Positions 19,276 through 29,509 of a stretch of DNA of 64,000 nucleotides are shown in pieces (position 1 is the first letter of the stretch; every line of letters begins with the position of its first letter). This DNA is from a virus (Duplodnaviria > Heunggongvirae > Uroviricota > Caudoviricetes): IMG/VR virus record IMGVR_UViG_3300033146_007472. The stretch is one strand, 5' to 3'. A program made the position numbers and the translations under genes. The notes beneath the pieces are model-generated. The model did not search any database and was not told the DNA's origin. It was given only the letters and a program-made list of their open reading frames with translations.

Positions 19276-19310
19276 CGCGATTCTCCAGTGTAATAGTACG
19301 GTCTATGCTA

Positions 19311-19328
19311 GATAGACAGAAGCCGGGT
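19311..19328 (-). promoter_or_regulatory. conserved upstream motif GATAGACAGAAGCCGGGT
   Basis: 36-53 nt upstream of ATG 19275; downstream GTGTTTGTG also shared with 16210 copy. Confidence 0.5.
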
Positions 19329-19379
19329 AAACGTTTAGAATTTCGTGTTTGTGAAGCCTTCAATAAACATTATTTTTAA

Positions 19380-20126
19380 CTAATTCGGACATGCACGTTT
19401 TACAAAACGATTTGAATTGTCTTGAAGTCTATGTATACGTGCTTCTCGTTCGCATTCCCAGTTACTAACTGGATCTTGTTTATCCCATGTTTTAAAAAGT
19501 TTATGATTTTTCTTACTAATTATTCCATGGCCTGGGTATGCATCCTCCATATAAAAATAAGTTCTTGCGATATCACCGCGCACATCTTCCGGTGGCTCAG
19601 CTTTGCGATTACTGATTTCCATATCACATGTGCCGAAACTTCTTACCTCTCCAGGAATCATGGCGAAAGAATAATTAGAACGTCGACCATTAACTTCACC
19701 TATAGCTGGAACGAGGTTATGCATATCTGCTTGCATATATCGGTATTGCGGACTAACTTTTTGCGCACATTTACGACCTTTAAAAGCTTTGCCTTTCTTG
19801 GTAACACATTCAGGATGTCCAGTTCTCCAAGCTTGAAAACTCTGGCCAAAAGCATGTGCCGGTACGACATGCTCCCATTCTAACCGATTGGCTCGAGCGT
19901 TATTCTTAATGGGAACATAACCATTATTATGAATAATTGTCTTATCAGAGGTGAAACCTGACTTGCAGTAGAAAGTCTGTCGAGATTCAGTATAAACTTT
20001 AAATAAAAGGAGTTTTTTTGCTCTATTAAATGACTGATTAGAATTATTTCGCTCAGCAATGGCAAATTGAGGCAAACAAAACAACACGAGTAATACAAAT
20101 ATAACTGATACGCTTTTTGAAACCAT
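19380..20126 (-). CDS. secreted endonuclease I family nuclease (EndA/Vvn-like)
   Basis: signal peptide; hallmark LEWEHVVPAHAFGQ motif and conserved Cys pattern of PF04231. Confidence 0.7.
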   Translation of the reverse strand: MVSKSVSVIFVLLVLFCLPQFAIAERNNSNQSFNRAKKLLLFKVYTESRQTFYCKSGFTSDKTIIHNNGYVPIKNNARANRLEWEHVVPAHAFGQSFQAWRTGHPECVTKKGKAFKGRKCAQKVSPQYRYMQADMHNLVPAIGEVNGRRSNYSFAMIPGEVRSFGTCDMEISNRKAEPPEDVRGDIARTYFYMEDAYPGHGIISKKNHKLFKTWDKQDPVSNWECEREARIHRLQDNSNRFVKRACPN

Positions 20127-20188
20127 AATAGAATTTCCTTAACTCTAAAATATTAGATTTAGAATACAAATTAACCTGGTGAAAACAT

Positions 20189-20395
20189 TTAGCAGAGCAG
20201 TGCCCAAAGACCTCGGATTACCCAATACATAACAACACATACAACAACTGGGATCATTCCTACTAATAATCCGAATATCGCAAATCCGGTCGTATCATCC
20301 GTATCATTTTGTGTCGGAGATTGCGGACGGTGATAGCTCTGCTGAGCTGTGTATGCACGTGACTGTCGCAGTCGTTCTTGATGTAGTGTAGACAT
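20189..20395 (-). CDS. small membrane protein
   Basis: single C-terminal TM helix; ORF track. Confidence 0.3.
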   Translation of the reverse strand: MSTLHQERLRQSRAYTAQQSYHRPQSPTQNDTDDTTGFAIFGLLVGMIPVVVCVVMYWVIRGLWALLC

Positions 20396-20738
20396 GATTA
20401 GTAATTACCTTAATTACCTTAATTACAGATTATAGTTCGGTAAAGACCGACTAGGTATTGCCGAAATAGCTACCTAGATTATAATGACTGTGAACAAGTC
20501 ACTATGGGACAACTGGATGGAAATCGTCGGAGACCTCAATATCCGCTTGAATTGTTGTGCCGTTAGTCTAATTTGTAATTTACAAGATTAAAAAAACTCC
20601 GGCACCTGCCAACAACCCGCCCGCCAATGGAGTTTCATCACAAAAGAGCAGCATCACTACAAATAAAACTACAAAGAATATGATTTGGCCATCAGAAACT
20701 AACAATTCAGCCGGCATATAAACTCCTTCTCAAGAATA

Positions 20739-20939
20739 CTAAAGTTTAGCAGGCTGAGATGACTGAAGTACCTCAGTATCGGCTTGCAAAAAATCAATGA
20801 TTGACTGCGCGTCGGCTTTAGATAGCTGTAGTGTTGTATTGCCGTCAATATCTAGACTTAACTTATTTGTTCCTGGATCACGGTACAAATTTAGTTGCGG
20901 AGAATTTGGGCGGTCGGTTATTGAAATTCCAGATAGCAT
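20739..20939 (-). CDS. hypothetical small protein
   Basis: ORF track only. Confidence 0.25.
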   Translation of the reverse strand: MLSGISITDRPNSPQLNLYRDPGTNKLSLDIDGNTTLQLSKADAQSIIDFLQADTEVLQSSQPAKL

Positions 20940-21165
20940 AGTCTTTGTCCTTATTTGAAAAATTAGAAACTACAGCTAGCTAATCACAGAAATAATGAGA
21001 GAGCCGTCTAGTAGTTAGGCTTAATACTGGTTTAGAGATAGAAAGAAGTCAATAACTTTTTAAAGCGGACTATTACGACTTCATCCAGCTCTTGAGTCTA
21101 TCTATATTAAGTTACAGATATTTAAAGCATATGCATACCTGCCGAAAGAGATATAAAAACTTGAT

Positions 21166-21873
21166 ATGGATCAATTTAAAGCTGCAAGAACTGGTAACTT
21201 AAACTGGTTTTGTGAGAAAAAAGCTACAGATACCTTACCGGATTTAACACTATATCTCTCGCGTGAAAATCGTGTAATCTCTAGCTCAGAAACAACAGAC
21301 GGCATGCAATCTGTACCAGGATTAGCAGCGGCTAACGGGCATCTTGAAATCGTTAAATGGCTAACTCTTGAAAATAAACAAGAACCAACTGCGACAGCGC
21401 TTAATAATTCAGCGCTTAGCTGGGCCGCGAACAATGGCCATTTTGAAATTGTTAAATGGTTAGTTACAGAGCTAGATCAGAAAATTGAAATTAACGCACT
21501 AAAAAGTCATGCAGTCTGTAATGCCTTCCTAAATAAACATTTTGAGATTGTTAAATATTTAATTAAAAAAGATTCTAAAAATCCGACACTAGTCTCTAGA
21601 GATACACAGCTTCTAGACTGGTCCGTTACTGCCGAATTCCGAGGTCTCACTACTTGGCTAATTAATGATTCATGGAAATATGGCCAAGAGCCGGTGTCAG
21701 AAACTGATGCTCGTACGGCACTGCATCAAATACAAAAAACACTTGAAGCTGATTGCCCAGACTACGTAGCTCTTCAACTTCTACAGCAACTCGGCTATTC
21801 AATTGAAGACGCGAGTAAAGAAGTACAAGAAACTTTAAGTCGAAAAAAAGTACCGTCAACAAGGAAAATATGA
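21166..21873 (+). CDS. ankyrin-repeat protein, paralog of 17018 gene
   Basis: shared N-terminus MDQFxAAxxGNLxWF; ANGHLEIVKWL / NNGHFEIVKWLV repeats. Confidence 0.7.
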   Translation: MDQFKAARTGNLNWFCEKKATDTLPDLTLYLSRENRVISSSETTDGMQSVPGLAAANGHLEIVKWLTLENKQEPTATALNNSALSWAANNGHFEIVKWLVTELDQKIEINALKSHAVCNAFLNKHFEIVKYLIKKDSKNPTLVSRDTQLLDWSVTAEFRGLTTWLINDSWKYGQEPVSETDARTALHQIQKTLEADCPDYVALQLLQQLGYSIEDASKEVQETLSRKKVPSTRKI

Positions 21874-21875
21874 TA

Positions 21876-22290
21876 TAGACCAGTTTGTGATAAACCATTC
21901 GACAACTGAGTTAAATGCATCTCGAGCTGCAAGGCTCGGTGATTTAGACTGGTTCAAATTACAGAAAAAAAATTTACCTGAGATTTGTTGACTCGAGATG
22001 CTCAGAACCTCTATGTACACGATTATGTAGCCAAATTTGGCCATGTTGCACAGTAGCTACCAGACACGACCAGCTAGCAATGCCTAAATGACTACTTCAT
22101 TCAAGTAATCAAAGTATTGACATAGCTGCCGAAGGTAACCTCGCGATTCGGCATGCGTCATCCAATGGCTCGTTAGATATGGTTAAATAGCTTGTTATGA
22201 ATTCGAGATGCGAAGCTGATATTTCCGCTGATAAGCATTGCGCCATACGCTGGCAGACTACAAATTAGTAGAGTCTATGAAACTCCTAGA
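21876..22290 (+). pseudogene. decayed ankyrin-repeat paralog (multiple frameshifts and in-frame stops)
   Basis: three-frame fragments DQF..ASRAARLGDLDWFKLQKK / DAQNLYVHDYVAKFGHV / AAEGNLAIRHASSNGSLDMVK*LV match 17018 protein; TGG to TAG in conserved KWLV. Confidence 0.6.
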
Positions 22291-22442
22291 CTGCCCGATA
22301 CCTGAGATACTAGACACGCTTTCAAAATTGAATCTAGTCTCGCAGCGTAGAGCCTTGCGCTGCTAATACCTAGATTAATTCGTAATTCTTCATCACTGTG
22401 CTTAGTTAACAGAAACCTAACTATTAATAAGGGGGTTAAAAG

Positions 22443-22805
22443 CTAATACGCTTGTAGCAGTTTAAGACCACTCTTAATAACTACATATTCTGGATGCAGA
22501 AATGTCTGCAAGCAAATAACAGCCATAGCTAGTTGTGTTGCAGCAATCATACCTGAAACCATTACATAAACGACCAACTTTTCTTCAACACCTTTCTTCG
22601 CGGTAACGTTGCCATCACGATAGCGTAGCCAAAGAACATAAGTTATCTTTAGAACAAAAGCTAGCGGTAAAAATAGCAGAAAAAAGATACCTACATACAC
22701 CCAGAATTCAAGCCATACTTGATCAGTCAAAGTTTCAAAAATAAATTCAGGTGCAACATTTAACTGCACAGCAAGATGCTGCAGCGTAGTACTGGATTCG
22801 ACCAT
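22443..22805 (-). CDS. 2-TM membrane protein, paralog family 1
   Basis: APEFIFETLTDQVWLEFW and HPEY motifs. Confidence 0.5.
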   Translation of the reverse strand: MVESSTTLQHLAVQLNVAPEFIFETLTDQVWLEFWVYVGIFFLLFLPLAFVLKITYVLWLRYRDGNVTAKKGVEEKLVVYVMVSGMIAATQLAMAVICLQTFLHPEYVVIKSGLKLLQAY

Positions 22806-22807
22806 TA

Positions 22808-23002
22808 TTAAAAGTCTCCGTTTTCTTCGACAGTATTTTCTTGTAACATTCGATACTTAGTGAACCGAGCACACAAGATGTCTAGAGTGAAAGCAAGAAT
22901 AATACACAATGCCGAGAATAAACTCAACGGCACAACAATCTCATGAATAAAGAGAAGAACAGCTTCAGATTCAATCATATTAAATCTTATAATATCTAAC
23001 AT
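22808..23002 (-). CDS. small membrane protein
   Basis: ORF track; hydrophobic; translationally coupled to 22443 gene. Confidence 0.3.
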   Translation of the reverse strand: MLDIIRFNMIESEAVLLFIHEIVVPLSLFSALCIILAFTLDILCARFTKYRMLQENTVEENGDF

Positions 23003-23022
23003 GAATAACTCGGTTTCATAGC

Positions 23023-23451
23023 CTATGCTACCGTTTTTGTTAAATTAAAATAAGCCGGCGTCTGCGGTGCTAAGGTCCGGCTCTCAGCGGACTGCAAACT
23101 TCGTAGACAGCTTTGTAACGCAATACATGTAGCAGTAAAAGCGCCGGTAATACACATTGCTGCTATACTTGAGAACATAAAGGCTGCTATTACAGGTAAT
23201 GAACTAAATGCTACATACATAGCTACACCAACTGTTGCGCCGACACTTGCTCCGACACCTACAAAGAGCATTAGAAGCAAACCATAATTAAATAGTGCGC
23301 AAATACTGAGCACGAGAAAAACAAACGCAAAGACACCGAAAGTATTCGCATAAGTTGGAAAACAGTACCAGAGTGTAGCCATAACACTTAGAAGACTGCT
23401 AACGCAACACAAAGTAATAACGGTTTCAAACCGCTTAGACAAAAACTGCAT
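23023..23451 (-). CDS. multi-TM membrane protein
   Basis: 4 predicted TM helices; ORF track. Confidence 0.4.
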   Translation of the reverse strand: MQFLSKRFETVITLCCVSSLLSVMATLWYCFPTYANTFGVFAFVFLVLSICALFNYGLLLMLFVGVGASVGATVGVAMYVAFSSLPVIAAFMFSSIAAMCITGAFTATCIALQSCLRSLQSAESRTLAPQTPAYFNLTKTVA

Positions 23452-24107
23452 TGAACTTCCTTTACTTAACTAGAGCTTTAGAATTATATTGAAAACTCGA
23501 CTATCTGAGTCAAAAAACTGATTAACTAAACAGCCTAAACATTGACGATCTAAGGTTAGAGTAGTACCATTTCCAGACAGTATAGATAAATAGAAGTCCA
23601 ACCTATGTACAATAAACCTTAGCTTTTAGTACAAACAAGTATCGTTGGAAACCTTTAACTTGCCTATTAATTTTTATTGAACTAGAGCCATTAATAGCTA
23701 TGGCTGAGAAGTCGTTACCGCAATTGAATACATATCCAGGCAAGTTCTTGTTGCTGAAGACGAGCTTTAGCTATAGTTAACCCGTACTTGTCCATCCAAG
23801 CAGCCGGGCCACTTGTACTGTTACTTGAAATAAAATCAGATGCACCAGTCAAAGACTTAAATTCATAATCAGTTAAAAAAGTATACTTTGTTTTCGCACG
23901 ATTCAAACGGATGATTTTGTTTTGAATTAATAAATCACGTTTCGGCCGAAGTTGTTTTTCGCGACTTGCTACAATACCGAGCTTAACTTCAGAACCTTTT
24001 TCGACCGAGAGCCTAGTTTTTGTTTCACGGCTGATGGCATGGATAGTGTCAGTGTTGGTTTTAGTTCGTCTCCGAAAATCTCTAATTTTTGAGTTAAAAA
24101 ATTCAGT

Positions 24108-24359
24108 TTATTTTTCGACACATTCTACTGGCTGCAATGGTTTTTCGAGCGAACTTGATTGCATCATTTGAATAATTTGCACGCCATCAAATGAAACAAC
24201 AACTGCAAATTTATATCCATCTAAGCATTGTGTTGAAACTAACGCACGATATATGTGTCCGTCTGATGAGCGTACTCGGATTTCGTGTTCATCAGCGCTA
24301 GCACTTGAAATGATTCCGAATACTAAGAAACTGATAACCAGAACTAGAATTTTTTTCAT
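24108..24359 (-). CDS. small secreted protein (paralog family 3)
   Basis: signal peptide MKKILVLVISFLVFGIISSASA; core HEIRVR..CLDGYKFAVVVSFDG..IIQMM matches 14768 gene. Confidence 0.45.
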   Translation of the reverse strand: MKKILVLVISFLVFGIISSASADEHEIRVRSSDGHIYRALVSTQCLDGYKFAVVVSFDGVQIIQMMQSSSLEKPLQPVECVEK

Positions 24360-24527
24360 TTTACTCTCCAGACCTCAGAAGTATTTAGCGTTAATTATAG
24401 GTACTAAATCATTAGCCTTCTTAAGTTCCAGGATTAACTTCCCGGAACAATGTAGCTAAGTTCTTATATTACATATTTAAGACACTCAATTGCCGCGAGT
24501 GTAAAACCTGAGTGAATCTATGGTCTG

Positions 24528-24905
24528 TTAAGAAATCTTCAGTAATTCAGCAGCTTTTTCGAGAATTACGGACTCTAGATTCAGCAAAATCTGAAACTGT
24601 CGATACACTACTAAAAGTATCACTACCGCAAAAACTGCGCTGAAGATTGAAAATAAAACAGTACTAGAATTAGTGTCGTCAACTTCAATGATGTTCGTAT
24701 TCTTTTCGTGTTCATTAGACTGCGCAGGTGTCGCAGCACATCTTACTTTAGCACAAAAATAAAAAACAACGCTTAACATAACTAGCGTTACGCAGTTAAA
24801 ATAAAAGAACATCCATACCTGATGCGTGAGCGTCTCAATAACAAGATCAACGTTTGTGCCTAGTTTTTCAGCTAATTGGATAATTATAGTGTCCGAAGTA
24901 AGCAT
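24528..24905 (-). CDS. 2-TM membrane protein, paralog family 1
   Basis: VDLVIETLTHQVWMFFYF motif; conserved upstream motif at 24985. Confidence 0.5.
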   Translation of the reverse strand: MLTSDTIIIQLAEKLGTNVDLVIETLTHQVWMFFYFNCVTLVMLSVVFYFCAKVRCAATPAQSNEHEKNTNIIEVDDTNSSTVLFSIFSAVFAVVILLVVYRQFQILLNLESVILEKAAELLKIS

Positions 24906-24984
24906 GCTATTACCTTTATATTCAATAGATATTTTATGTCAATTGTATAAGTACACGAATCTTCCATAAAGCTAGACTATCACG

Positions 24985-25002
24985 GATAGACGGAAGCCGG
25001 CG
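24985..25002 (-). promoter_or_regulatory. conserved upstream motif GATAGACGGAAGCCGGCG
   Basis: 80-97 nt upstream of ATG 24905. Confidence 0.45.
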
Positions 25003-25621
25003 AATGATCTATGAAACCTATTCTATTCATTAAGTTTAAAAAAATACCTAGATTAGCGAAATAATGAAATGGGGAGAAAGCAAAAAGACAAGTACGAGTA
25101 TTCTATTCTCGCGAAAAACATGCATATAGGCTAATACTAAGAGTACCCAGTATAAATGCTGAGATACTAAGTCCTTGAAAAATTGTGTATAAATAGAAAA
25201 ATTCGATGACTGGCTTATCTAGCAGAAGAATGACACTATTACTGCATACAATACCGAACACAGCTAAACTGCTACTACGTCTTTTTATAATCCGACATCT
25301 ATTTAGCACTCAAGTTCTCCAGTCTTTAAGAATACTTTTCTTTAACTCTTTAAGTAGATTATAGCCTCGTCGCTCAGATGGCTGAATTTAAACCAAAATT
25401 ACCGAGTTTAAGCATATGAACCTAGCTATTTAATAATGAGAGAGAGAGAAAGAGGTCCTTGAACTACCTTGTATGAGCCGAAAGTAGCCTACAACTAACA
25501 AACGACTAATGCTAACTTAAAACTCAGCTGTAGTGGCTAAAAGACAGCATGATTTTGTTATTTCAAAATCAACGAAGACTCGGCGAATCTAACAGAATTT
25601 GTAGCAATATTATAAAAGACT

Positions 25622-25888
25622 TTAAAGAGGTTTTAAAAATGCTAGAAGAGACTTAATACCCCGTGCAGATGTTTTTCGAGTATCACGAGCGATCCATTTG
25701 CCAGTTGTCGGCCAGTAGTCAACGATGACCTCGCCGCTAACAATTAAATGCGTAGCAGAATTCTTCGATTCGTAAGTGACGTGGTGTGTATCTAGCATCT
25801 CGAGAGCGTAATGTTTATTACGCGCTTTTTTCGCTTTAGAGTGTTTGGCTAAGTAGTCTTTTAGAGGTCGAAAATCTTCACCGGTCAT
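25622..25888 (-). CDS. hypothetical protein
   Basis: ORF track; basic N-terminus. Confidence 0.35.
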   Translation of the reverse strand: MTGEDFRPLKDYLAKHSKAKKARNKHYALEMLDTHHVTYESKNSATHLIVSGEVIVDYWPTTGKWIARDTRKTSARGIKSLLAFLKPL

Positions 25889-26186
25889 GTAGTCGGGCTA
25901 GGCAAAAGCATTTAGGACTATCAGCAATACTTGTTTATAAACTCTATGCTAGTGTTTAAAGTTAGTTTGGTGTATTGTGTCAGTTCTTAAACCTCGGAAA
26001 GGCAAGATATCATACAGCAAAAAAACAGCACATCGCATTAAATTCAACCGACAACTTAGCCAGATTCAAGAACTAGAAAAAACAACTTTCCAGTGATAAA
26101 AAAGTTTAAACCGTAATGAAATTCGTGAAATTGACGATAGTCTTACGTCGCCGAGCAAGCGTGCTAAATATCTACAGAAAAAGTAA

Positions 26187-26708
26187 TTAAGCAAGAAAGA
26201 CTGAATTTTGAGACCTGAAACCGTCGGCGTTAAAAATTTTGTCTCGTAATAGAGTATACGCTAATGGATCAGTTTGAAAGAACCGTTCGACTTGCCAACA
26301 ATCAGAACTCTCAAATAACGGAAGAGGCGAAAAAAAATTATGCTGCCCAGAGGCTCGGTATTCTAGTACGCGTATACATGGACATATTAAAGACGCTGTA
26401 AGCGTGCGAGGATTTACGGTTAGGCTAAAAAAAGTTTCAGCAAACTCGAAAGACCGTGACAAAATCGCAATGTATGCAAATCTTTCTGGGTATTGTATAT
26501 GAATTTTGGCGCGTTTCGCATTAAGTAATAATCGACGAACTGCGGAATCATTTTTCGACCGCACGTAGCGCTTAAACGTTTTTAGTACTTTCGACTCAGT
26601 AGCATCTAGACCGTAATGCTCTTGGCCGGCAAAAGACAACCGCTGAAGTTCGGTCATCACTGCGACGGAATCAAGTATGTGCTGAGTAAGAGTGTTAGTA
26701 TCAGACAT
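26187..26708 (-). CDS. hypothetical protein
   Basis: ORF track; downstream of family-2 membrane gene. Confidence 0.35.
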   Translation of the reverse strand: MSDTNTLTQHILDSVAVMTELQRLSFAGQEHYGLDATESKVLKTFKRYVRSKNDSAVRRLLLNAKRAKIHIQYPERFAYIAILSRSFEFAETFFSLTVNPRTLTASLICPCIRVLEYRASGQHNFFSPLPLFESSDCWQVERFFQTDPLAYTLLRDKIFNADGFRSQNSVFLA

Positions 26709-26735
26709 TCATAAGCTCGCGAAGTTGTTTTCGAG

Positions 26736-27185
26736 TTAAGAACTAGCTTTCGGCAAAGTATTGGTAGCTCGATAGGTAGAGAGTAGGACACACTCGGCTA
26801 GAATCAGCGGTCGTTTAGCTTTCTGAACGGCAGCCCAGTAAGTACGACACATTTGATTATCAGAAATCATAGTGTAGACATTTTCGCTTTTCATGTAACC
26901 CGTAGTAGTGTCTTGTAAAAAATGAAGCTGCGCAGCTGAGTTTCGTCTACCCGTTAAAAAGAGTATCCAGACATGTGCTTGCAAAACAAATAAACAAACT
27001 TCAGTAACAAAACTATACATTGCATTACTGAAGTACATGATGACTAAATACTGCAAAATGACTAGTAGAGTAGAGAGTACACCAGTCATAAATCTACGAT
27101 GCCAACGCGCACGCAATGCTTGTTGTCGTTCAGCGGTAATCTCGGCTGCTGAAGGTGGAGCTGCTGAGATGTCTAGTTTAAGCAT
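26736..27185 (-). CDS. membrane protein, paralog family 2 (N-terminal PPSxAEI motif)
   Basis: MLKLDISAAPPSAAEITAERQQALRAR then TM helices; similar to 32678 and 39262 genes. Confidence 0.4.
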   Translation of the reverse strand: MLKLDISAAPPSAAEITAERQQALRARWHRRFMTGVLSTLLVILQYLVIMYFSNAMYSFVTEVCLFVLQAHVWILFLTGRRNSAAQLHFLQDTTTGYMKSENVYTMISDNQMCRTYWAAVQKAKRPLILAECVLLSTYRATNTLPKASS

Positions 27186-27592
27186 CTCTTATACCTCAGA
27201 AGGCGCGTTATCTTCAGCGGCTTCGTTATAGTCTAATGACATGAAAGATCGGCAGTCTCGGCATTTTAACGGTCGCGTATCTTCAGCTTCTAAAACTTCC
27301 ATCAGCAACGTGCACCACGAAGTAGCAGTAGCGGCATCCAAATATTGGCAAGTTAAAGACGGAGTCTGACAGTATTTAGTGCCTGGTACTTTAGTTATCA
27401 TTCAAAAACACCTCAAAATCAGCTAAGTTTTCATAGTAATCTTAAAGTATGATAAAGATGACTACTTAAGCGCATGAAAATTCTATTAGGCTATTGTACA
27501 CGAAAATACGTAATACAGTTAGTTGTAGTAGCGATAATAACTGTCGAGAATATAATATATTACTACTACTCTTGTCGATAGAGCTAAGTGGC

Positions 27593-27874
27593 TTATTTTT
27601 TCTTCTCTGCGCTGACTTCGTAACAAGCAACACCAGTTGAATTTGTTTCACCAGCAACAAAGACACAGCGGATATTCGGATTTTCGTCCGGTGTCCATTC
27701 ATAGACACGAACATCGTATCCTCGTGTGTCTAGTTTATAGGCTACCGTATCTTTAGTCGGCCAGCCGGTTGTAGTCGCTGCAGATAAAAAACCAGCTGAG
27801 GCAGTTGTAGCAAACATAGCTAATACACTTAGTAGCAGAGCTTGTTTTAGCAGAAGTACTGATAATCTTTTCAT
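27593..27874 (-). CDS. small secreted protein (paralog family 4)
   Basis: start set at ATG 27874 (SD AAGGAG); signal peptide; C-terminal KLD..GY..CYEVSA as in 7887 gene. Confidence 0.4.
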   Translation of the reverse strand: MKRLSVLLLKQALLLSVLAMFATTASAGFLSAATTTGWPTKDTVAYKLDTRGYDVRVYEWTPDENPNIRCVFVAGETNSTGVACYEVSAEKKK

Positions 27875-27902
27875 ATTATTTCTCCTTTGGCTAAGATCGA
27901 CG

Positions 27903-28622
27903 TTATTCACGCGCTAGAAGGTCGCGTAACATATCAAGATCTTTCAAGTTCGTTTCTGAGCTTAAGTGCATGGTAATCTCAGTTAGTTGTTCCCGTTTTA
28001 AAATTTGAGAATACAAAGATTGAAGATCTCTATTGAGTAAAGACGTGCCGTTATAGATACACTGATAATGTACGTGAGCTCGTCGGCTTAATAATTGGAT
28101 TAAATACTGATTAGTATAAAGTTCGGTCTCAAGGCGTGCCTGAGTTTTTCGTACTGTTACCGGCGTTATCGCAGACATGTCAGCATCGTCCAGCCAATTC
28201 TGAAAAGATTGCTTTACTACTGACATGCTGGCTGTAACAGCAGCTGTAGCACCAATCAATGCTGAAAGTTTAGCTTTAGAGTGTCCTTTAGCAGTTAAAT
28301 TAACTTGACAAGTTTGTTTACCTACAGTATAGTCAATACTTTTGATACCGAGATACGGTAGTGTTTGAGACATGAAATCATGGAAAGTTTCAGTCTCTAA
28401 AGTTTCAGATCTAAAAAGCTGTTGAAGCTGTGAAACTGTACAAGTTGTAGCGTAGTATTCATTCGTAGTTGAGAGAACCTTCGGCAAGACAGTTGTTGTA
28501 GCCGAGGATAGCGTAGCTACGCTAAGTAGTATAAACAGCATTGATAACAGTCGCATGATTCTTCTCCAAGTCAAAATATTGAATCTAATAAACATAAGGG
28601 GAGTATTTAAGAAAAGTTTCAA
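27903..28622 (-). CDS. secreted protein
   Basis: signal peptide LLSMLFILLSVATLSSA; ORF track. Confidence 0.45.
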   Translation of the reverse strand: MKLFLNTPLMFIRFNILTWRRIMRLLSMLFILLSVATLSSATTTVLPKVLSTTNEYYATTCTVSQLQQLFRSETLETETFHDFMSQTLPYLGIKSIDYTVGKQTCQVNLTAKGHSKAKLSALIGATAAVTASMSVVKQSFQNWLDDADMSAITPVTVRKTQARLETELYTNQYLIQLLSRRAHVHYQCIYNGTSLLNRDLQSLYSQILKREQLTEITMHLSSETNLKDLDMLRDLLARE

Positions 28623-28757
28623 ATACTCGAAGGCACATGCATAGGATGCTCAAGTGTTCTCGAATTTCTTGAGACTACTGCGTCGTGTCTAATGTCAGTA
28701 TAGGTAACAGCTTCTGTAGCACGTAGTTTGCATTTCAGAGAAAGATGAGCTGTCAGC

Positions 28758-29270
28758 TTATCGAGAATGCAAAGTAGCTTCAAGATACTTCTCAAGCTCT
28801 AGTAGAGATGCATTGTGTATCTCAGCCATATCCACACCGATGGCTTTCAGCTTATCACGAATTACTCGCTTAGAACGCCGAATTCTTTGCCCATAGTCCG
28901 GAAGATCAATAACTTTATGACGTCCAGCACACCTTATGCATACGGCATTATTCGTATTCTCATGCCAAGTACGCGTAGGCTGTTTACAGAAATAGCAGTT
29001 TTCAGCTGGAATCTCTTGAGAACTAATGTTTTCCTGAATAATATGGATTGGCATATTTAAAATCCTGTAAAAAATCATGTTACAAAAATCCAAAACTCTT
29101 GAGAAGCACCAAAAATCTGGCGAGTACCAAGATTCCACATGATATTTATTCATAGCTTCAATAGGAACTGAGATTGTTTTTGTTGCCAAATCTGTAAATA
29201 ATAAGTCACAATTTTTATAGCCATGTCCATATGCTGCGATATGGTTAAGCTTAAAAGGGCTAAAAAACAC
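28758..29270 (-). CDS. Cys-rich hypothetical protein (possible zinc ribbon)
   Basis: CYFCKQ..(17)..CIRCAGRH. Confidence 0.4.
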   Translation of the reverse strand: MFFSPFKLNHIAAYGHGYKNCDLLFTDLATKTISVPIEAMNKYHVESWYSPDFWCFSRVLDFCNMIFYRILNMPIHIIQENISSQEIPAENCYFCKQPTRTWHENTNNAVCIRCAGRHKVIDLPDYGQRIRRSKRVIRDKLKAIGVDMAEIHNASLLELEKYLEATLHSR

Positions 29271-29509
29271 TTTTGAACAATACGATTCGGCTCATCAATT
29301 TTGACATATTTTTCAGCAAAAATCATAGGTTTCGGACCCAAAACCATGCTCAGCATGTAGTAGTACGGTTCTTAGTTTAGATTTGGCACTCGTAAAAACA
29401 TCGATTACTCCATTAGCGCTTCTATGGTATTTAAGTTGTTCTATCGGTATGTAATAGATACTAAGAAGACTAAACACTTCTGAAGGTTCTGTTTAGCTTG
29501 TACCGCGTA

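Noticed and set aside
20396-20425. Tandem TAATTACC x3
   Set aside because: Too short and isolated to call a functional repeat; noted only.
28815-29060. 81-aa plus-strand ORF
   Set aside because: Entirely inside the Cys-rich minus-strand gene 28758..29270; no SD.
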